Positions 59,497 through 64,000 of a DNA stretch of 64,000 nucleotides are shown here, piece after piece. Location of the stretch: positions 192,001 through 256,000 of the forward strand of contig JBFIHX010000002.1 of NCBI GenBank assembly GCA_041601615.1. The letters run 5' to 3'. Position 1 is the stretch's first letter. The number at the start of each line of letters is the position of its first letter. This DNA is from Thermoplasmatota archaeon. Its GTDB lineage: Archaea > Thermoplasmatota > E2 > JACPAO01 > JAHFTW01. Below the pieces are notes generated by a model. That model made no database searches. It saw nothing but the letters and a program-made list of their open reading frames with translations, and was not told the origin of the DNA. Both the position numbers and the translations under genes were made by a program.

Positions 59497-60166
59497 CGCA
59501 ACCGTTTGCCAGGCGGAATCATCTGCTAAGGTTAGGCTATGGGGTTGCGATAGCTTCCATTCCGACTAGTGCTAGCGAAGCAACGGCGTAGATCAGCGGG
59601 AGCATGTCTGCGGCGGCTTCATATAGACGTTCTAGGCGCCGCAAAAGTCCCGTCGTCCATTTTGTTTCATCACGAAGCTTCTTAATTTCGTCTTCCGTGA
59701 ATGACTTGAACAGTTCGGGGTTTTGTTTCTCGACCCGGCCAAGAAGAGATTCGAACGCGTCCTTCTTGAGGTCGTCTGGCAACGTGCCCACGTGCATTTG
59801 GAGTGACTGAAAGGACTCCTCGGATTGAACTGCACTTTTCAGAGAAGCCGCAATGTCGGAGCTGCGGGCTTGAACCCTGAGAATCCTTAACGCCAGAATG
59901 TATAGAAAACCGTACACCAAAATGGCTGCAGCCAGCGCGGCAAGGAGTCGTACATTTTCGTATTCTGGGACACGAAGGAGGCCGAAAAGGAGTCCCTCTG
60001 GCCATGCCCCAATCCATCCAAGGAGCAACAACGCCGTAGTTGAAGCAACAAGGTAGCGGCGCATGGACCGAAACCGCAGGAATTGGGGGGTTTCCCAGGA
60101 CACAAGAAAGCTCACGGGCAAAGAGTATATCGTGGTGGTGGCGCCAACTGCATGACCGCGCGCTAA
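59421..60166 (-). mobile_element. Solitary integron gene cassette
   Basis: Starts at G|TTAGCGCGC (60167-60158), the exact complement of the R'' region GCGCGCTAAC (59499-59490); a single ORF followed by attC. Confidence 0.75.
59537..60064 (-). CDS. Cassette-borne membrane protein (2 N-terminal TM, helical linker, C-terminal TM)
   Basis: Lower-GC ORF; start could be further upstream (GTG around 60115). Confidence 0.65.
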   Translation of the reverse strand: MRRYLVASTTALLLLGWIGAWPEGLLFGLLRVPEYENVRLLAALAAAILVYGFLYILALRILRVQARSSDIAASLKSAVQSEESFQSLQMHVGTLPDDLKKDAFESLLGRVEKQNPELFKSFTEDEIKKLRDETKWTTGLLRRLERLYEAAADMLPLIYAVASLALVGMEAIATP

Positions 60167-60291
60167 CAAAATATTGAGACGCCCTGATGGGGGCCGGGAG
60201 AACGCGCAGCATTCTTGCGGCCAGGGAGGCCCGAAGGGCCGAGCGGACCTTCGGGGTGTTTGACGAACTCGCCGTAGGCGAGGGAGGAAAA

Positions 60292-60364
60292 CGCCCCGAT
60301 GGGGATTTGAACCCCAGTCGACGCCGTGACAGGGCATCATGATAGGCCACTACACTATCGGGGC
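60292..60364 (-). tRNA. tRNA-Asp(GTC)
   Basis: Cloverleaf GCCCCGA/TCGGGGC, anticodon loop CTGTCAC, TTCAAAT T-loop; followed by TTTT. Confidence 0.95.
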
Positions 60365-60492
60365 TGGTGGCAAGGGCACTCAATGAGCGCCCCGATGGGC
60401 GGCGGCAAAAGCCAGAGGTTTTTGCCGGCGAGCGAGGTCAGAAAGTCGAACGGGCCTTCTGATTTGGTTGGCTTGCCAACGGCAGGCCAGAG

Positions 60493-60565
60493 CGCCCCGA
60501 TGGGGATTTGAACCCCAGTCGACGCCGTGACAGGGCATCATGATAGGCCACTACACTATCGGGGC
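60493..60565 (-). tRNA. tRNA-Asp(GTC), identical second copy
   Basis: 73 nt identical to 60292-60364. Confidence 0.95.
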
Positions 60566-60679
60566 GGGCGGTGCGAGTGCGACGGCGGAAGGGACGGACC
60601 GCGATGGGCCGGCTTCCGTGTCTCCGTCTGCTGGGTCGGGCCAAACCGAAGTTTGACCCTCATGGAACGCTGTCCACGA

Positions 60680-60753
60680 TGGGTCCGGCCAGATTCGAAC
60701 TGGCGATCTTCGCCGTGTGAAGGCGACGTCATAACCGACTAGACCACGGACCC
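60680..60753 (-). tRNA. tRNA-Val(CAC)
   Basis: Cloverleaf GGGTCCG/CGGACCC; anticodon arm TCGCC-TTCACAC-GGCGA. Confidence 0.95.
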
Positions 60754-60961
60754 TTTCGGCGGGGAGAATCCCCTCCTTCCCAGTCGGGTACGGCGCCGAC
60801 CCTGGAGGTGTATTTTAGGATTGCGAGGCGTGGGTCGATGCCAGATGCTTGATTCTTGAGGGCGATGCGGTTGGAAAAAAGGGCAGAATGGGCGACATAG
60901 GCGGGATAGGTGGGAGAGGTGGGGGGCGGAGGTGGGGGAGGATGGTCTGGGGGGGCTGGGC

Positions 60962-62983
60962 CTAGATGGGAGGGAATTCGTCTTGGATGCACACGAGGCT
61001 TCGCGAATACCACGCACTGGGGTCGCTACCGGTTTCCACTTCGCGGCTGTCGCTGCATCCGTCCCCATCGGTGTCGGCCTTGGTTGGATCGGTGCCGTGG
61101 ACGAAGACTTCGTCGCCGTCTGTGAGCCCGTCGCCGTCTGTGTCGGGATGGGTGGGATTTGAGCCATATCCGAAGATCTCGTCGCCGTCTCGCAGCCCAT
61201 CGCCGTCGGTGTCGCTGTTGTTGGGGTCCGTGCCGAAGGCAAACAGCTCGTTTCTATCGTTTATGCCATCATCATCCGTGTCGGCCTTCGTCGGGTCCGT
61301 GCCGTGGGTGAAGATTTCGTCCGGGTCAGACAGGCGGTCAGAGTCGGTATCAGCAAGGAATGGTGCGGTGCCATAGATGGCAACTTCGTCGTAATCAGAA
61401 AGAGTGTCGCCATCCGTGTCCCGATTCCGAGGGTTGGAGGAGTGAAGATAAATTTCCTCCCAGTCACCGAGGCCGTCCCCATCTGTGTCCGGGTTGGTGG
61501 GGTCGGTGCCTCGATCAAACTCTTGTCGGTCGTTGAGGCCGTCGCCGTCCGTGTCGTACAGCAGCGGCGAGGAAGTCAGTTGAAGGTGCTCTTTGCCGTC
61601 GCTGAGCCCGTCGCCGTCTGTGTCGGGCCGGAACGGATTTGTTCCGATTTGGGTTTCGAGCCCGTCCTTCAGCAAGTCATTGTCCGTGTCGGGATGCCAA
61701 GGGCTGGTGCCCAAGGCAACTTCCTGCCCGTCCAAGAGGCCATCGTTGTCCATGTCTGGGTTCAAGGGGTAGAAGCCACGGGCCACTTCCACACCGTCGG
61801 ACAATCCGTCGCTGTCTGAATCGACCTTGAGTGGGTTGGTGCCGTGCAGTGCATATTCCTCGTAGTCAGAAAGGTTGTCCTCGTCGGTATCGGCAGCTCT
61901 GGGGTCTGTTCCGATTCGGGCCTCAAGTCTGTCTGCGAGTCCGTCCTCGTCGCTGTCTGGGGCGTAGATGGTCACGGCGCCGCCTTTCCCTATACTGGTC
62001 ACGACGTATCCGTCCACGGTCAGTTCAATGTGGGAGACGTGGTCGCTCAGTCCTCTGGGAAGCATCCCTTCGCGCAGGTCGATCCATTCTCCATTCTGTA
62101 CGGTTGCGTGGACCACTCGACGATGGTAGTTGTCTGGCAAGACCTCTCCGACGAGCGCAAAGGAGTCTGCATCCAGGTCCATATCGACCACGTGAACGTC
62201 TGCAGAGTCGCTCCAAAGAAGGCGAGTGGATTCCGCCCACCCTGCGGCTTGGTCAAAGAAACCAACCACGGTGTCGCCCGCCTCTGTCCAAGTTGCTACA
62301 AGGGAGCCTTCAAAAATGGCCATTTGGGGGTGGAATCCGGAAGAGGCGGCCGGCGCCGGAATGCTGTGCGTCGTGACGAATTTGATGCCGTGGATTCGCA
62401 TCATGTCGATGCGGTCGCCGGAATTGACTGCGATTACACCTGCGTCGGCGGCGGCGTAGGTTCCAGGAACGGTGTAGAAGTGGGGGCCATTGCCTTTGAG
62501 GTTGGCAAGAAGCACTCGGGGGTTGAGGTCGGAATTGATGGCGAGGACAATGGTGTCGCCGTCTGCGTCCACTGTTTTCACGGTCTCTCCCGGTGCGAGG
62601 TCCAGATTGTAGGATGTTGTGCCCTTTGCATCGAATAGGGTGAGTGCATCGCCGGCGGTGACGAGACGGCCGTCGTCGAGATCGATGGCATCGGGGTGGT
62701 GTAGAAACACAATCTCGGATGACTGCCAGACTTTCTCGGTCGGTTCCAGTCGGTAGCGGAAAATGGATGCCGTCCCCTGGCTCAGGACCACCATCTCGTC
62801 ATCCTCGATGACAACGTCCACGCCGAAGCGGCCGTCGTTGAAGGAATAATCCACACCCTCGTATTGGTCGAAACCCAAAGCGGATTGGAACGTGGATTCG
62901 GTTTCGGCTTGAACCTGTGTGGCGGTGGCGAGGGCAAGTAGGGCGATGAGTGGGAGCCAACGCAAGAATGTTGAATGTGCCAT
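60962..62983 (-). CDS. Secreted protein: beta-rich N-terminal domain plus about 14 DxDxDG (TSP3-like) Ca-binding repeats
   Basis: Signal peptide from ATG 62983; repeated DTDGDGL.D..E...GT.P units. Confidence 0.8.
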   Translation of the reverse strand: MAHSTFLRWLPLIALLALATATQVQAETESTFQSALGFDQYEGVDYSFNDGRFGVDVVIEDDEMVVLSQGTASIFRYRLEPTEKVWQSSEIVFLHHPDAIDLDDGRLVTAGDALTLFDAKGTTSYNLDLAPGETVKTVDADGDTIVLAINSDLNPRVLLANLKGNGPHFYTVPGTYAAADAGVIAVNSGDRIDMMRIHGIKFVTTHSIPAPAASSGFHPQMAIFEGSLVATWTEAGDTVVGFFDQAAGWAESTRLLWSDSADVHVVDMDLDADSFALVGEVLPDNYHRRVVHATVQNGEWIDLREGMLPRGLSDHVSHIELTVDGYVVTSIGKGGAVTIYAPDSDEDGLADRLEARIGTDPRAADTDEDNLSDYEEYALHGTNPLKVDSDSDGLSDGVEVARGFYPLNPDMDNDGLLDGQEVALGTSPWHPDTDNDLLKDGLETQIGTNPFRPDTDGDGLSDGKEHLQLTSSPLLYDTDGDGLNDRQEFDRGTDPTNPDTDGDGLGDWEEIYLHSSNPRNRDTDGDTLSDYDEVAIYGTAPFLADTDSDRLSDPDEIFTHGTDPTKADTDDDGINDRNELFAFGTDPNNSDTDGDGLRDGDEIFGYGSNPTHPDTDGDGLTDGDEVFVHGTDPTKADTDGDGCSDSREVETGSDPSAWYSRSLVCIQDEFPPI

Positions 62984-63187
62984 GGGCAAGGGGCACTCCT
63001 GGCGGGGATTAAGGATGTGTGGGGAATGAACGCTGTAGCACAACAGTAGCCAGAAGGATGGTGCAGACCTTGACTCGGTTTGGGGTTTGCAATAGCTGAT
63101 GGCAGGGGTTGGGAAATCGAGGCTAGGCTTTCGGCCTGCACCATCGGCATCCAACAAGTCCTTGGTTTCTGGAGTCCTTTGGGCCTC

Positions 63188-63523
63188 ATGCGATTTCTTA
63201 CGCTGTCCATGCTCGCCGTCGTCGTTCTTGGCGTTCCCGTAGGTGCGGCGGAGCCCACGGAGGCTCCGTTGTGCCTCACGCTCCCGCAAAGCCAGGAACT
63301 TGAAGTCTCTGCAAACGAGTACACCATCATCGCGACTGGCCCTTCCGATTGGGGCGCTTGCGTTGATGAAGGCGAAGTTGTGATTTTCGTCGGCATGGGG
63401 TGCCGCATCATCATCAGTTCGGAAGAGGGAGTGATTCTGGATGTGGACGTGGCCACCTTCGCGCAGGACCCGGTCGGAGAGACGGAGCGAATCCTAGACG
63501 ATCTAGCAAACAACCCGCCGTAA
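63188..63523 (+). CDS. Small secreted acidic hypothetical protein
   Basis: Signal peptide MRFLTLSMLAVVVLGVPVGA. Confidence 0.55.
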   Translation: MRFLTLSMLAVVVLGVPVGAAEPTEAPLCLTLPQSQELEVSANEYTIIATGPSDWGACVDEGEVVIFVGMGCRIIISSEEGVILDVDVATFAQDPVGETERILDDLANNPP

Positions 63524-63773
63524 ATCGGCTGCGGGGGCGATGCCTGCGAGATATCGCCTTGCCGGGAATTGGTGGATTGGAGTGGAAAAATAGCACGCGC
63601 CGCCAAATTTTGGGCCAATGGCTACAAGCCGCAGAGGTTCCAAGGGGGTGGTCGGTATGGGGTGGGGGCGCGTGCCATATGTGGCATTGGGCCCCTAGAC
63701 ATGGTCTTATTGGAGCAAACCCCGGCATTAAGGCAAACCTAAACTTTGGCTGGGTGCCGGCGGGGGCGCGGTT

Positions 63774-64000
63774 TCAGTCCTTTTTCTGGAAGAGACTGGG
63801 CAAATGGATGACGTAGGCGCCGTCCTTGTGCACGACAATGGGGTTGCGCTCCAGTAGGCCCTTGACGTCGATGTTGTAGGAGCCAGGCTTGTCGATGGAG
63901 ACGGTGTCTGGTTTCGGGGCCTCGCCTCGTGCAGCATCCCGTTCCTGTTCTACGCGTTGGCGGGCGGCCTGTGCACGCGCTACTGCCTCGGGGTCCGGCT
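63774..64000 (-). CDS. oapC: OapC/DUF2072 family protein, C-terminal part (start outside window)
   Basis: Manual translation ...DTVSIDKPGSYNIDVKGLLERNPIVVHKDGAYVIHLPSLFQKKD*. Confidence 0.65.
   Translation of the reverse strand, partial: PDPEAVARAQAARQRVEQERDAARGEAPKPDTVSIDKPGSYNIDVKGLLERNPIVVHKDGAYVIHLPSLFQKKD

Noticed and set aside
60755-60810. GC-rich hairpin upstream of tRNA-Val as a possible ncRNA
   Set aside because: No recognisable C/D, H/ACA or other RNA motif; more likely promoter/leader sequence
60980-61970. Regularly spaced 66-69 nt repeats resembling a CRISPR array
   Set aside because: Degenerate in-frame coding repeats (DxDxDG units); no identical repeats with unique spacers and no cas genes

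Overview
High-GC archaeal chromosome segment, most likely an uncultured Thermoplasmatota lineage. Evidence: uL16/L10e, archaeal-type D-aminoacyl-tRNA deacylase, PIN-ATPase-KH (PINA), an OapC C-terminus, tRNAs without encoded CCA, and TATA-like boxes about 25 nt upstream of start codons. Layout: (1) 1-10.4 kb, a cluster of small stress/detoxification genes (ArsR, SRPBCC, VOC, RibD-C/DHFR-like, DoxX, GDT1). (2) 10.5-13.9 kb, a Rieske/split cytochrome b operon headed by a CxxCH Reeler-like protein. (3) About 14.1-29.2 kb, an accessory island next to tRNA-Lys, with an IS4/ISH3-like DDE transposase plus an unknown partner gene, AbrB, a class III nucleotidyl-cyclase-like gene, a Druantia type II-like defence operon, a HAD gene and a triple-HTH gene. 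(4) 29.5-43.7 kb, an operon encoding acyl-CoA carboxylase subunits, BioY and a 3183-aa type I PKS/FAS (KS-AT-KS-4xACP-KR-DH-PPTase). All four ACPs carry Thr where the phosphopantetheinylated Ser normally sits; this is the top finding. (5) 44-64 kb, housekeeping and secreted proteins, a solitary integron gene cassette with an attC site downstream of tRNA-Asp, and three tRNAs. All calls come from reading motifs by eye; no database search was run.
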